This document shows positions 39,974 through 53,098 of a stretch of DNA of 64,000 nucleotides, one piece after another (the first letter of the stretch is position 1; each line of letters opens with the position of its first letter). The notes under the pieces were generated by a model. It was not told where the DNA came from, did no database searches, and worked only from the letters and a program-made list of their open reading frames with translations. The DNA comes from Candidatus Oxydemutatoraceae bacterium (GTDB lineage Bacteria; Pseudomonadota; Gammaproteobacteria; Poriferisulfidales; Oxydemutatoraceae). The DNA lies in NCBI GenBank assembly GCA_965220085.1, contig CBDCOZ010000003.1, positions 782,979 to 846,978 on the forward strand, in the 5' to 3' direction. The position numbers and the translations under genes were made by a program.

Positions 39974-40819
39974 TTAGTTTATCTTCTCAAGTATGATATC
40001 GGACATATCCCGCGCGCCTTCCAACCAGGATTTTTGCTCCTCGCGACCGACTTGCGGAACATAGTCCATTTCTTTGTCCAGCATGTGCGGGTAATTCAGT
40101 TTCAGCACGCGCAAGGTGTCGCGCGCGAGGTCATGGCTGCCGATACGCTCGTATGCCGTCGCCATCAAATACAGACCGTCGGCTGTGTGCTGCGCCCCCT
40201 CATACTTCTCAAGCATATACTTGATGCGGTTGATGGTCGCGATATAACTGCCTTGTTCCAGATAAAAAGCGGCCACCCGAATTTCGTGTATCGCCAACAT
40301 ATTCCTCAGCACGACCAAGCGTTTTTTGGCGTCCGCGCGATAGGCGCTCTTCGGAAATTTGTTGTGGAGATCGGAGAAGGCGGCAAACGCCATCAGCAGC
40401 GACCCGGTGCTTTTGGCGCTCATGTCGCGCGGGAGGATGTGGTGGAGCAATGTCTTGCCGCGGTTAAAGTGCGTGATTCCCTTGAGGTAATACGCATAGT
40501 CCAGATTGGGATCGCCGGGGTGGTTTTTGACGAAGCGGTCGGTCAGCGCGATGGTTTTCTCGCTCTCGCCGTTTTTGTAATTCGCATAGGCCGATTCCAG
40601 CAGGGCGCGGCGGGCGTATTTGCTGAACGGATACTTCTGTTCCAACTCCTCGTATTTTTCTATCGCGGAAGCATAATTGCTTCTGCGCAGGTGACCGTAT
40701 GCCGTGTTGTATATCTTGGTCGCCGACTCGCTGACTTCGGGTTGATTCGACGAACACCCGCCGACAGCGACCGTCGTTATCGTCGCGAGTAAGATTCCGC
40801 TGAGGCTAAAATTTTTCAA
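39974..40819 (-). CDS. bamD: outer membrane protein assembly factor BamD
   Basis: lipoprotein signal (..AVGGCSS), TPR repeats; divergent from rluD as in E. coli. Confidence 0.85.
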   Translation of the reverse strand: MKNFSLSGILLATITTVAVGGCSSNQPEVSESATKIYNTAYGHLRRSNYASAIEKYEELEQKYPFSKYARRALLESAYANYKNGESEKTIALTDRFVKNHPGDPNLDYAYYLKGITHFNRGKTLLHHILPRDMSAKSTGSLLMAFAAFSDLHNKFPKSAYRADAKKRLVVLRNMLAIHEIRVAAFYLEQGSYIATINRIKYMLEKYEGAQHTADGLYLMATAYERIGSHDLARDTLRVLKLNYPHMLDKEMDYVPQVGREEQKSWLEGARDMSDIILEKIN

Positions 40820-40879
40820 GGTGCGCTAAAATCACGGGGTTTCCAATATTCCGATGACAAATTATAGCGGGTTAATAGA

Positions 40880-41836
40880 ATGGATGGCGATGCGATTTTG
40901 ACCGAAACCATAAAAGAGGAACACGAAGGCCGCCGTCTGGATGTCGTGTTGGCAAATATTTTCTCCGATTATTCGCGAAGTTATTTGCGTAATTGCATCA
41001 TCGGCGGGCGCGTATTGGTCGATGGTCGCATCCTGCGCCCCCGGGACCGGGTGCGCAGCGGGTCGCAAATTGCCTTCGCCCCTCCCGCCGACAAAGCAAC
41101 GGAAGCGGAAGCGGAAGCGTTGCCGTTTGTGATCGCTTATGAGGACGACGACTTGCTGGTTGTGAACAAAGCGGTCGGCGTGGTCGTGCATCCGGCGCCG
41201 GGGCATCCAAGCGGCACGTTGCTAAACGGCTTGTTGCATTATTGTCCGGCATTGGCCGAGCTTCCGCGCGGCGGCATCATTCACCGCCTTGACAAAGACA
41301 CCAGCGGTTTGTTGGTGATTGCCAAAACGCACAAGTCGCACAAGTCCTTGGTCGAGCAATTGCGCAAGCGGGATATGGAGAGGCATTATTTTGCGATCGC
41401 ATGGGGGACGGTGACGACCGGGGGCAAAGTGGACGCTCCGATCGGGCGTTGCCGGCATGACCGCAAACGCATGGCCGTAGTTAGCAACGGGCGCGATGCC
41501 TTGACCCATTATCGCGTGCTTGAGAGGTTCGCGGCGCATACGGCGCTCGGTGTGCGGCTGGCAAGCGGGCGCACCCACCAGATTCGGGCGCATCTCTCGC
41601 ACATCAAACACCCGCTTGTCGGCGATGCGGTTTATGGCGGCCAGTTCAGGGCGATCGCCGGCTGGTCGCGGGATGATCTGGAGCGGTTGCGGCGGTTTAA
41701 TCGCCAAGCGTTGCACGCCCGCCGCTTGCTGCTGACACACCCGGTGACAAACAGAATCTGCGAATGGGAGGCGCCGTTGCCGGATGATATGCTTTCGTTG
41801 CTCGCGTTGCTCGGAAGCAAAGACAATGCCGGATAG
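40880..41836 (+). CDS. rluD: 23S rRNA pseudouridine synthase RluD
   Basis: S4 domain plus HRLDKDTSGLL catalytic motif. Confidence 0.9.
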   Translation: MDGDAILTETIKEEHEGRRLDVVLANIFSDYSRSYLRNCIIGGRVLVDGRILRPRDRVRSGSQIAFAPPADKATEAEAEALPFVIAYEDDDLLVVNKAVGVVVHPAPGHPSGTLLNGLLHYCPALAELPRGGIIHRLDKDTSGLLVIAKTHKSHKSLVEQLRKRDMERHYFAIAWGTVTTGGKVDAPIGRCRHDRKRMAVVSNGRDALTHYRVLERFAAHTALGVRLASGRTHQIRAHLSHIKHPLVGDAVYGGQFRAIAGWSRDDLERLRRFNRQALHARRLLLTHPVTNRICEWEAPLPDDMLSLLALLGSKDNAG

Positions 41837-42584
41837 AATTGACCGGGGCTTTTTGTATCCGAACAAACGGCTGCCGCAAGGGGCGAACATGGTTGTGACG
41901 ACCCGTATCGGCGGCTTCAGCAAGCCGCCTTTTGCCGGCTTGAACTTGTCCGATCGGGTCGGAGACGAAACCGCTGCGGTGCAAAAGAATCGCCGCTACC
42001 TGCGCCGCGCATTAAACTTGCCGACCGAACCCGTATGGCCGAAGCAGCGGCATGGCGCCGATGTCTTCGTCGCCGATTCCGCCGCCGCGAATCCTGTCGC
42101 CGATGCCACGATTGCGTTTGCGCCCGGGCTTGTGTGCGCGGTGACGGCGGCCGATTGCTTGCCGATTTTGCTTTGCGATAAGCGGGCGCGACGGGTGGCG
42201 GCTATCCACGCCGGTTGGCGCGGGCTTGCGGCCGGCGTCATCGAGCGCACCGCAGAAGCGCTTCGCGCTCGGCCGCATGATGTCATCGCCTGGCTGGGGC
42301 CGGCGATCGGCCCCGATGCGTTTCGGGTCGGCGATGAGGTGCGCGATGTGTTTGTGGCGGATGACAAGCGCGCCGCGCTCGCATTTGTGCCCGACAATGC
42401 CGGTCGCTGGATGGCGAACATCTATCAACTCGCGCGGCTGCGTCTTGAGCGGCTCGGAATTGCGGACATAAGCGGCGGCTTTCACTGTACGTATCACGAC
42501 AGCAAACATTTCTATTCGTATCGGCGCTCCGCCCGCACCGGCCGCATGGCGGCGCTCGTTTGGATTGACGCGCGAGGCGGTTGA
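41826..42584 (+). CDS. pgeF: purine nucleoside phosphorylase / peptidoglycan editing factor PgeF (YfiH, laccase-domain protein)
   Basis: DUF152 motifs (AADCLP, HAGWRG); rluD-yfiH-clpB synteny. Confidence 0.8.
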   Translation: MPDRIDRGFLYPNKRLPQGANMVVTTRIGGFSKPPFAGLNLSDRVGDETAAVQKNRRYLRRALNLPTEPVWPKQRHGADVFVADSAAANPVADATIAFAPGLVCAVTAADCLPILLCDKRARRVAAIHAGWRGLAAGVIERTAEALRARPHDVIAWLGPAIGPDAFRVGDEVRDVFVADDKRAALAFVPDNAGRWMANIYQLARLRLERLGIADISGGFHCTYHDSKHFYSYRRSARTGRMAALVWIDARGG

Positions 42585-42656
42585 TCACAACCGCGTGATC
42601 GCAAGGAGACTTGAAATTGCTCCGCCCGCCCATACATATCCGAATGAGGGCAGAAC

Positions 42657-45239
<2,583 letters not shown>

Positions 45240-45256
45240 GCGACGGCTCCGTGCGC

Positions 45257-45823
45257 TCAGCCCATAAAGGGCAGGCCGTGCCCCATGCCGCCGCCGACCA
45301 TGCACATGAGCATGGGAATAGACAGCAGGGTATTGGCGCGCGATGCCATCAGCGCGACTTTCTTAGCCGAAGCCTTCTCCGCATCGCTCGCCTGTTTGCC
45401 GCCGAGTCCGAGAATCTTCTTTTGATTCGGCCATATCAGCGCCCAGACATTGAACAGCATGATGGTGCCGAGCCAAGCGCCGACTCCGATTACCCGCAAC
45501 CCTTCGTCGAGGGCAAAGGCGCCGTGCAGTCCGCCGCTATCGCGCCAGATGATTTCCAGCGCGGCGGCGCCGGTCAGCCAGGTCAGCAGCGCCGAATAGC
45601 GAAACCATGCCAGCGCGCACGGCGCGACATACTTGTTGATCGCGGCGGGCCCGGGACTGCCGTCCTGTGTCGCCTGCGCGACCGCCGGAACCTGTACGAA
45701 GTTGAAGTAATAGAGCAGTCCGATCCAGACTATGCCGACCAGCACATGCAACCAAACGATGAGTGCGTTCATATTAAGCCAATCCATTTGTGCCTCCTTT
45801 GTTGTGACGAGAATGAGCGGCAA
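45257..45823 (-). CDS. hypothetical inner-membrane protein (4-5 TM); possibly HemJ/CopD-like
   Basis: hydrophobicity; weak resemblance of WLHVLVGIVWIGLLYY to HemJ-type N-termini. Confidence 0.4.
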   Translation of the reverse strand: MPLILVTTKEAQMDWLNMNALIVWLHVLVGIVWIGLLYYFNFVQVPAVAQATQDGSPGPAAINKYVAPCALAWFRYSALLTWLTGAAALEIIWRDSGGLHGAFALDEGLRVIGVGAWLGTIMLFNVWALIWPNQKKILGLGGKQASDAEKASAKKVALMASRANTLLSIPMLMCMVGGGMGHGLPFMG

Positions 45824-46062
45824 ATATCATAACAGTACGGATATTATTATTGCCAGAATAAAGCCGCTTACGATAGTATAAAAAACCGAATTAAGTGGGT
45901 TCATAACATCTCTCCTTATTGTGCGGTATCCGCTGTGCGGATTCCCAAAATAGTGTGGCTCAAGTATATACCAAGTAAACGACATATTAAATTTCGGTAT
46001 AATCTCGATACCGTGTTTTTATTGCGAATCACGGTAAAATTACGGATTTTCGGGAGCCAAAA

Positions 46063-47607
46063 GTGGGGCCAATTGAACTAAGCTTGTTTGCCAGCCGTTT
46101 GGACGGCATTTGCGAGGAGATGGGGACGCATCTGCGGTGCGCCGCCTTTTCGGTCAACATTCGCGACCGTCTCGACTACTCGTGCGCCGTGTTTGACGCC
46201 GACGGCAAGTTGCTGGCGCAAGCGGCCGACATACCGGTGCACCTCGGCAGCATGGCGTATGCGATGCGCGGCGTTGTCAAACGCTTCGCTTGGTCGCCCG
46301 GCGATGCGGCGGTGTTCAACGATCCGTATGCCGGCGGCACCCACCTCCCCGATGTCACGTTATTGGCGCCCGTTTTTCATGACGATTGTTTGTGCGGTTT
46401 TGTCGCCAACCGCGCGCACCATGCGGATATCGGCGCCGACGCGCCGGGCGGCATGCCCTTGTCGTCGCGTCTTGAGCAAGAGGGCATCATCATCAAACCG
46501 CAATACCTGATCAAAGGCGGCGTCTTGGACGACAGTCTGCTCGAGTCTTTTGTCGCCGACTCGCGCAGCCCGGATGACGAACGCGGCGATTATCTGGCGC
46601 AGATCAGCGCGAATCGCATCGGCGCCGCGCGCCTTTGCGAGGTCATCGACGGCATAGGGGAGCGCGCGTGGTTTGACGCGCAGAGCCGGCTAAACCGCTA
46701 CGGGCGGCAGTTTGCCCGCGCGGTTGTCGCCAAAATACCGGATGGCGAGTATCGCTTTTCCGATGTGATGGATGACGATGGCTTCGGTCATGCCGATATT
46801 CGCATCTGCGTGGCTTTGCGCATAAAAGGAACGGCCATCACGGTGGATTTTGACGGCACATCGGATCAGGTGGAAGGCAACATCAACTGCCCCGAAGCGG
46901 TGACGGTCGCGGCGGTCTATTATGTGTTTCGTTGCCTGCTGCCGGCGTATGCGCCGACTTGTCAGGGCATATTCTCGTTGCTTTCCATCCGCGTCCCCGA
47001 AGGTTGTTTTCTGCGCGCGAGCGATGGTTGCGCGGTTGTCGCGGGCAATACCGAGACCAGTCAGCGGGTGGTGGATTGCCTGCTCGGGGCCTTGGCCGAG
47101 GCCTTGCCGCACAAAGCGGTCGCAGCCAGTCAGGGCACGATGAACAATATTGCGATGGGCAATGCGGGCGCGGACACCGATGCGTGGTCTTATTACGAGA
47201 CGGTGGGCGGCGGCATGGGCGGCGGCGAAGGTTTTTGCGGGCATTCCGCCGTACAGACGCATATGACGAACACCTTCAATACGCCGGCGGAGGTTCTGGA
47301 GATGAAGTATCCGCTGCGGATTCGCTCGTATCGCATCCGCCGCGCTTCCGGCGGCGGCGGACGCTTTGCCGGCGGCGACGGTCTGGCGCGCGAATTTGAA
47401 TTGCTGGCGCCGACTCAATGTACGGTACTGACCGACCGGCGACGCCATGCGCCGTGGGGGGGCGCGGGCGGCGGCGACGGATTGCCGGGACGTAACTTTT
47501 TCAACGGCGAAGAAGTCGCGGGCAAGGTATCCGTCATCGCCGCCCAAGGCGATCGCCTGCGCATTGAAACCCCCGGCGGAGGCGGCTGGGGGAAAGTCGA
47601 GACATAG
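46063..47607 (+). CDS. hydantoinase B / 5-oxoprolinase family protein, with no adjacent A-subunit gene
   Basis: N-terminal MGPIELSLFASRLDGICEEMG...DYSCAVFDADG typical of HyuB. Confidence 0.8.
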   Translation: MGPIELSLFASRLDGICEEMGTHLRCAAFSVNIRDRLDYSCAVFDADGKLLAQAADIPVHLGSMAYAMRGVVKRFAWSPGDAAVFNDPYAGGTHLPDVTLLAPVFHDDCLCGFVANRAHHADIGADAPGGMPLSSRLEQEGIIIKPQYLIKGGVLDDSLLESFVADSRSPDDERGDYLAQISANRIGAARLCEVIDGIGERAWFDAQSRLNRYGRQFARAVVAKIPDGEYRFSDVMDDDGFGHADIRICVALRIKGTAITVDFDGTSDQVEGNINCPEAVTVAAVYYVFRCLLPAYAPTCQGIFSLLSIRVPEGCFLRASDGCAVVAGNTETSQRVVDCLLGALAEALPHKAVAASQGTMNNIAMGNAGADTDAWSYYETVGGGMGGGEGFCGHSAVQTHMTNTFNTPAEVLEMKYPLRIRSYRIRRASGGGGRFAGGDGLAREFELLAPTQCTVLTDRRRHAPWGGAGGGDGLPGRNFFNGEEVAGKVSVIAAQGDRLRIETPGGGGWGKVET

Positions 47608-47618
47608 CGGGGCGGCCG

Positions 47619-49100
47619 ATGGAAGCTCTTTATACCGCGCGGCAAAGTCGCGAGATCGATCGCAGCGTAATCAAAGACACGCCCATTGACGGCTACGCGC
47701 TGATGTGTCGCGCCGGCGAAGCGTGTCGCAAACACTTGATGGCGCGCTGGCCGCGGACACAGCGCGTGATAGCGTATGCGGGAAGCGGCAACAACGGCGG
47801 CGATGCGTATGTCATCGCGCGCCTGTTGCGCGAGGCCGGCGTGTCGGCGCGCGCGGCGGCAATCGGCGCGCCGCAAGACTTGCGCGGCGAAGCCGCGCGA
47901 GCGCATGCCGACTATGTCGATGCCGGCGGCGAGATGACGACCGTGTCGGATGCGCGGTCGGCTGATGCGGATGTCGTCATCGACGGCGTGTTCGGCAGCG
48001 GTTTGTCGCGTCCCTTGTCCGCCGACCTGTGCGCCGTGATAGAAGCGATGAATCAAACGCCCGCAAAACGTTTTGCGATCGATATTCCTTCCGGCTTGAG
48101 CGCGGATACGGGTTGCCCGCTGCCTGTGGCGGCGGTCGCGGACATGACCGTGTCATTGATCACCCGCAAGCAAGGGCTTTACACGGGCGCGGCAAAAGAC
48201 TTTTGCGGCGAGTTGGTGTTTGACGATTTGCAAGCGCGAGCGGAGACTTTTGAAGCGCCCTCGGCGCGCTTGACAAGTTACCTTGATTGCAAGCGCTTTT
48301 TTGCGCCGCGCAAAGCGGACACGCACAAAGGCATGTTTGGCCGCTTGTTGATCGTCGGCGGCGATTACGGGATGGCCGGCGCGGTGTGTTTGGCCGGACT
48401 CGCCGCGTTGCGCGCCGGCGCCGGACTCGTAACCTGCGCCACCCGTCCCGAACACGCGCGGCACATCGGCGTGGCGCACCCCGAGCTGATGACATGCGGC
48501 GTATCCGCCGCCGCTGAGTTGGACTCAGCTTTGCAACGCGCGACCGCGGTGGCGTTGGGCCCCGGTTTGGGGCGGGGCGCTTGGGGCGAAAGTCTGTTTG
48601 ACCGAGTGGCGCAATGCGAGGCGCCGGTCATAGCGGATGCCGATGCGCTGCGCATTCTCTCCGAGAAGAAAAAACTGCCCGAGGCGGGACGATGGATACT
48701 GACGCCCCACCCCGGCGAAGCCGCCGCCTTGCTCGGCTTGTCTGCCGCGCAGGTGCAGGCTGATCGATTCGCGGCGTTGGCCGCATTGCGCGCGCGCTAT
48801 GCGGCGACTCCCGTTTTGAAAGGAGCGGGCACGCTGATTGCGGCGAACGAGCAAGCGTTGATCTGCGACGGCGGCAATTCGGGCATGTCGAGCGCGGGCA
48901 TGGGGGATGTATTGAGCGGCGTTTTGGGCGGATTGGTCGCGCAGGGGATGCCGCCCGATGATGCGGCCATCGCCGCGGTATGCATTCACGCACAAGCCGG
49001 GGACTGCGCCGCGAGCGCCAAGCCGCGCGGTTTGATCGCAAGCGATCTATTGCCGCTGATTCGCGATTGCATAAACGCTTTGGTTGACAGTGGCGGTTAA
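47619..49100 (+). CDS. nnr: bifunctional NAD(P)H-hydrate epimerase / ADP-dependent dehydratase
   Basis: YjeF-N (GSGNNGGDAYV) plus YjeF-C carbohydrate-kinase domain. Confidence 0.85.
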   Translation: MEALYTARQSREIDRSVIKDTPIDGYALMCRAGEACRKHLMARWPRTQRVIAYAGSGNNGGDAYVIARLLREAGVSARAAAIGAPQDLRGEAARAHADYVDAGGEMTTVSDARSADADVVIDGVFGSGLSRPLSADLCAVIEAMNQTPAKRFAIDIPSGLSADTGCPLPVAAVADMTVSLITRKQGLYTGAAKDFCGELVFDDLQARAETFEAPSARLTSYLDCKRFFAPRKADTHKGMFGRLLIVGGDYGMAGAVCLAGLAALRAGAGLVTCATRPEHARHIGVAHPELMTCGVSAAAELDSALQRATAVALGPGLGRGAWGESLFDRVAQCEAPVIADADALRILSEKKKLPEAGRWILTPHPGEAAALLGLSAAQVQADRFAALAALRARYAATPVLKGAGTLIAANEQALICDGGNSGMSSAGMGDVLSGVLGGLVAQGMPPDDAAIAAVCIHAQAGDCAASAKPRGLIASDLLPLIRDCINALVDSGG

Positions 49101-49566
49101 TTTGCAACTGGTCGGAGCGCCCGCGACCGAGTGTCTGGGAGCTTGTGTGGCGCGCTTGGTCAAAGCGCCCGCTTGTATTTGGTTGCAAGGCGCTTTGGGA
49201 AGCGGCAAGACCACTTTTTGCCGCGGCTTTATCCGCGCTTTGAGCGCCGCCGAAAAAGTCGCGAGTCCGACCTATGCGCTGTTGGAAACCTATGCGGCCA
49301 AAGAGACGACCATCTGCCACTTTGATCTGTATCGCATCAGCAAACCGGATGAACTGGAGTTTATCGGCGTCAGAGACTGTTTTGCCGACGACAACATCTG
49401 TTTGATCGAGTGGCCTGAGAATGCGGGTGCGCTGCCGCCGCCCGATTTGAAGATTACCCTGACGTATGCGGACAAAGAACAAGAGCGTCATGCCGCGGCG
49501 GAGGGCGGCGATACGCAGTTGATTCAGAACATACGACAGGATTATATGCGCCAATGTACCGGCTGA
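49084..49566 (+). CDS. tsaE: tRNA t6A biosynthesis protein TsaE
   Basis: P-loop LQGALGSGKTTF; yjeF-yjeE-amiB order. Confidence 0.85.
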   Translation: MTVAVNLQLVGAPATECLGACVARLVKAPACIWLQGALGSGKTTFCRGFIRALSAAEKVASPTYALLETYAAKETTICHFDLYRISKPDELEFIGVRDCFADDNICLIEWPENAGALPPPDLKITLTYADKEQERHAAAEGGDTQLIQNIRQDYMRQCTG

Positions 49567-50810
49567 TCGCTTGCTTTTTATTGTCGTTCGTCGGCGCCGC
49601 CGTCGCATCCGCCGCCAATGTGGAAGGCATGGCCATCAGCGAGTATCGGCAGAAGACAGAAATCGCGGTGCATCTGGATCGCCTGCCCCGATACGAAGCT
49701 TTCGTTTTGCAGTCGCCGGAACGTCTCGCGCTCAATTTGCACGAAAGCACGGGATGCAAACTCAGGCTGGAGCGCCCGACCAGAGCAATCAGCGAGATAC
49801 GCTCCAAGACCCAAGGCGGCGCCTGCAGCGTATATTTCTATCTGACCACGGCGGTCGACTACAAAGTGGCATCCGCTCAATCGCCCGCGAAACTGGTCAT
49901 CACCATCAGTCAGAAGCCGTCCGCGACGGCCCGCCGCTCGATTACGTTGGGTCGCGATGCGATTATCGTGATCGACCCCGGACACGGCGGCAAGGACCCG
50001 GGAGCCATCGGCGCCGCCGGAACATACGAGAAACATATCACGTTGTCGGTGTCCGAGCATCTGCTGCGCTTAGTCAACGACGCCTACGGCATGCGCGGTT
50101 TTCTGACGCGCGCCGATGATCGCTTTGTCAGTTTGCGCGACCGTCTCAATTTCGCCCAGCGGCATAAGGCCGACATATTCGTTTCCATCCACGCCGATGC
50201 CGCCGCCGACCGCGCGGCGGCGGGCGCGTCGGTCTATATGCTCTCGCCCAAAGGCGCGTCGAGCGAAGCGGCCAGATTATTGGCCCGCCGCGAAAACCAA
50301 GCGGATCTGATCGCCGGCGTTCCGGCGCGCGACGCCGACCCGCAAACCGCGGGCATTCTGCTTGATCTGTCGCAGACCGCCACTCTGGATCACAGCAAAG
50401 CGCTGGCCCGCGAGGTGTTGTCTTCTTTTGGCAAGATCGCAAAAAACAATCGGATTGAAGCCGCCGGTTTTGTCGTTCTGAAGTCGCCCGATATCGTATC
50501 GGTGTTGGTGGAGTCGGGCTATTTGTCCAACCCCAAAGAAGAGAAGCGCTTGCGTACGACGGCGCATCAAAAGCGCGTGGCAAAAGCGGTTCACAGAGGC
50601 ATTAAACGTTATCTCGCGCGCCACCCGACGAGGGACATGTTGCTGTCGTCGGTGCGCATCAAGGATTACAAAGTGGCGAGCGGCGATACCTTGTCGGACA
50701 TCGCATTGCGCTTCCGGACAAAAATATCCGACATCAAAAAGTTATCGGATTTGCCGTCAGATACGATCCGCGTCGGGCAGGTGCTCAAAGTGCCGGTGAC
50801 TCGGGAGTAG
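49554..50810 (+). CDS. amiC: N-acetylmuramoyl-L-alanine amidase (AMIN, Amidase_3 and C-terminal LysM domains)
   Basis: signal peptide, AMIN domain, VIDPGHGGKDPGA zinc-amidase motif, LysM YKVASGDTLSDIA. Confidence 0.85.
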   Translation: MYRLIACFLLSFVGAAVASAANVEGMAISEYRQKTEIAVHLDRLPRYEAFVLQSPERLALNLHESTGCKLRLERPTRAISEIRSKTQGGACSVYFYLTTAVDYKVASAQSPAKLVITISQKPSATARRSITLGRDAIIVIDPGHGGKDPGAIGAAGTYEKHITLSVSEHLLRLVNDAYGMRGFLTRADDRFVSLRDRLNFAQRHKADIFVSIHADAAADRAAAGASVYMLSPKGASSEAARLLARRENQADLIAGVPARDADPQTAGILLDLSQTATLDHSKALAREVLSSFGKIAKNNRIEAAGFVVLKSPDIVSVLVESGYLSNPKEEKRLRTTAHQKRVAKAVHRGIKRYLARHPTRDMLLSSVRIKDYKVASGDTLSDIALRFRTKISDIKKLSDLPSDTIRVGQVLKVPVTRE

Positions 50811-50984
50811 GCGCGGACTCGGTTGTTTGCGAATCACACACCGCCGAACCATGCCGGAAACATTCCGGACTCCCGGCATCAACACGATGCGTTGCAATAT
50901 CACCTCAGCCGCTTATCACGCTATGCGTGGCGGCACAAATATCCGTGCGATGGCATGAACGGCTTAACCGGCCCTGTCCTACGC

Positions 50985-51030
50985 CGCCGCCCGCCGCCCC
51001 TGCGTCTGCGCCTTTTCCTTCAAGATCCTT
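50985..51030 (+). pseudogene. orphan remnant of a family-gene 3' end (..RRRPPPLRLRLFLQDP..)
   Basis: degenerate copy of the LRLRLRLFLEGPLR terminus, followed by a leader homologous to 3745-4172. Confidence 0.55.
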
Positions 51031-51113
51031 GCAATAATGCGGGTATCCTGCGGCAGAGAAAGGGAGTATTATGGGGCGCAAACAAGGGGAGCGAGGCAGG
51101 ATACGGAGGCGCT

Positions 51114-51141
51114 TGCAAATGACTTGCTTTGTGGTATAGTG
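51114..51141 (+). promoter_or_regulatory. sigma70-type promoter TTGCAA-16-TATAGT of family gene B
   Basis: near-identical to the 14973-15000 promoter. Confidence 0.6.
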
Positions 51142-51345
51142 CGCCAAAGGAGGGAAACAATGAGCAATTTAACTCTTGCAAATAACTTGCGCCTTGTGGC
51201 AGAGTACAGCACTCAGAGTACGGCACTAAACAGCACACAAGCAGCACTCAGTTGTTTGTGGTTTCTTGAGCGTTGCTTGTGTGCATATACTGTGCAACTG
51301 CATTTGCTAGAAACAGGAAATACATGCCATAAGGAGTAATAGATT

Positions 51346-52612
51346 ATGAATAGACAAGACTTTAATACTACCCCCCCCCCCCCCCCCCCCCCGCGCTATG
51401 TAAAGGTAAGGGGACTGCGGTCGCTTGGCTGTATTGCCTCGCCACCCGCTTTCTGCAAGTACTTCGCCCCTCCGCATTGGCGGGCAACGATGATGCGGCT
51501 TAGCCTCTGGTCGCTGGCCCTGTTCGTCCTGTTCGCCGTCTGCGCTCAGGCGCAGGCGCAAAATGCCACCGGCATACCCGATGTCACCTACGCCAGCGGC
51601 ATAATCGCTCCCACCGAAGATTCCGCCATCACCGCCAACGGCGGCAGCGGTTCCACCGCCATAGCCGACACCGATGGCCTGGGCACTTTCAGTTGGCAAT
51701 GGAGTGCGGCCGATACCAACGGCGGCGCCTACGCCGACATCGCCATGGCGACCAATGCCGCCTTTACTCCGGGCGATGACGAGGTGGGCAAGTTCCTGCG
51801 CGTCTGCGCATCTTTCACGGATAACGCCGGCAACAACGAGGAGCGTTGCCTGCGGATAGCCACCGCCGTGGCCAACATCAACGACAAGCCGGTGCCTATC
51901 GCCAACACAATTTCGGTGAGCACCGCCGCCGATGCCGACAATCCCTATGTCTTCTCTGCGGATGACTTTCCATTCACGGATGTGGACGGCGACATGCTGG
52001 CGGGCATCGAAATAGCCGCCCTGCCAGGAAGAGATTCTACAGCCGGGCCAGGCAGTCCGGGCACCCTGGCATTGAACGGAACGGCCTTGACCGCTGTCCC
52101 CGCAAGCACCATCACCGTAGCCCAACTGGAGGCCGGCGCTCTGACCTATTACCCGCCAGAGGGCGAGCAACCCACCAACCCCAATGACCCCATTGCCAGA
52201 TTAGCCTTCTTCGGCTTTGATGTGGTGGACGATGGCAGTGATGGCAACACCAACAATGTCAGCAATGTGGGCAGAATCATAGACATACGACTGGTGTCGG
52301 TGAGTCAGACTGCCGCCAGCGGCAGACCCAGAATAGCAGTGCTGAATGTTCCCGCCAATATCCACACCCACGCTGAGGGCACCCAACTGAGAGCCGACAC
52401 CGGAGACATCGTCGAACCCAACGGCATAGACCGCAGCACTCTGGAGTGGCAATGGCAGTCATTCTCTGTCGGCGATGGTGTCTTTGCCGACATAAGCGGC
52501 GCCACCGGAGGCGCATTCACCCCGGGCCAGGCCCATGTGGGCATGCGCATCCGCGTCTGCGCCAGTTTTATGGACAATCACGCTATGCCGGAGACTGTGG
52601 AAGACCTGTGCT
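51346..52612 (+). pseudogene. family member B; family homology stops at ~52612, and the frame then runs on into unrelated sequence
   Basis: identical to gene A up to ...HAMPETVE(G/D)LCSA; after that the track ORF 51346-53094 becomes R/H/P/Q-rich nonsense, while the +1 frame encodes an OMP-like C-terminus. Confidence 0.5.
51371..51392 (+). repeat. poly-C tract (22 C), here in frame: MNRQDFNTT-P7-...-MMRLSLWSLALFVLFAVCAQAQA
   Basis: ATG 51346 with RBS AAGGAG; the open frame continues through the tract. Confidence 0.85.
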
Positions 52613-53056
52613 CCGCCTCTATCCGGCAACAGCAGCACCCTGGCGGCCGCCGATGCCTCCATCAACGAGATATCCATAGATGCCCAACTGCGCTATACCA
52701 AAGACAATCTGATGCCCTTTGCCAGCATAACCGCCCGCAAACTTGGTGGCGACCTCAGCCAATCCTTGGCGATGGATCTCAGATTCGGCGCAGACCTGCA
52801 GACCAAACCCGCCACCATCCGCCTGTCCATAATCCGCCAGATAAACGACACCACCCACAAACGCGACAGCCTGAGTCTGGACATAGCCACCAGGCCCAAC
52901 CGCAGCGGCATAACCGCCAGCCTCGGCAGCCGCTACGACAGCATAACGGGCCGCCCACAGTGGCACAGCCGCCTGGGCTGGCAATACCGAAACTTCCAGA
53001 GCTCCCTGCAGGCATCGCCAGACGACTGGCGACTGCAAGCCCGGGTGCGCTGGTAA
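52535..53056 (+). CDS. C-terminal fragment of an outer-membrane beta-barrel protein (beta-signal ...DWRLQARVRW), +1 out of frame with gene B
   Basis: alternating hydrophobic pattern with a terminal aromatic; no start or signal peptide of its own. Confidence 0.45.
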   Translation: MWACASASAPVLWTITLCRRLWKTCAPPLSGNSSTLAAADASINEISIDAQLRYTKDNLMPFASITARKLGGDLSQSLAMDLRFGADLQTKPATIRLSIIRQINDTTHKRDSLSLDIATRPNRSGITASLGSRYDSITGRPQWHSRLGWQYRNFQSSLQASPDDWRLQARVRW

Positions 53057-53098
53057 TCCGGGCGCAAGCCCACTCATCCATCAACCATACATAGGAGT

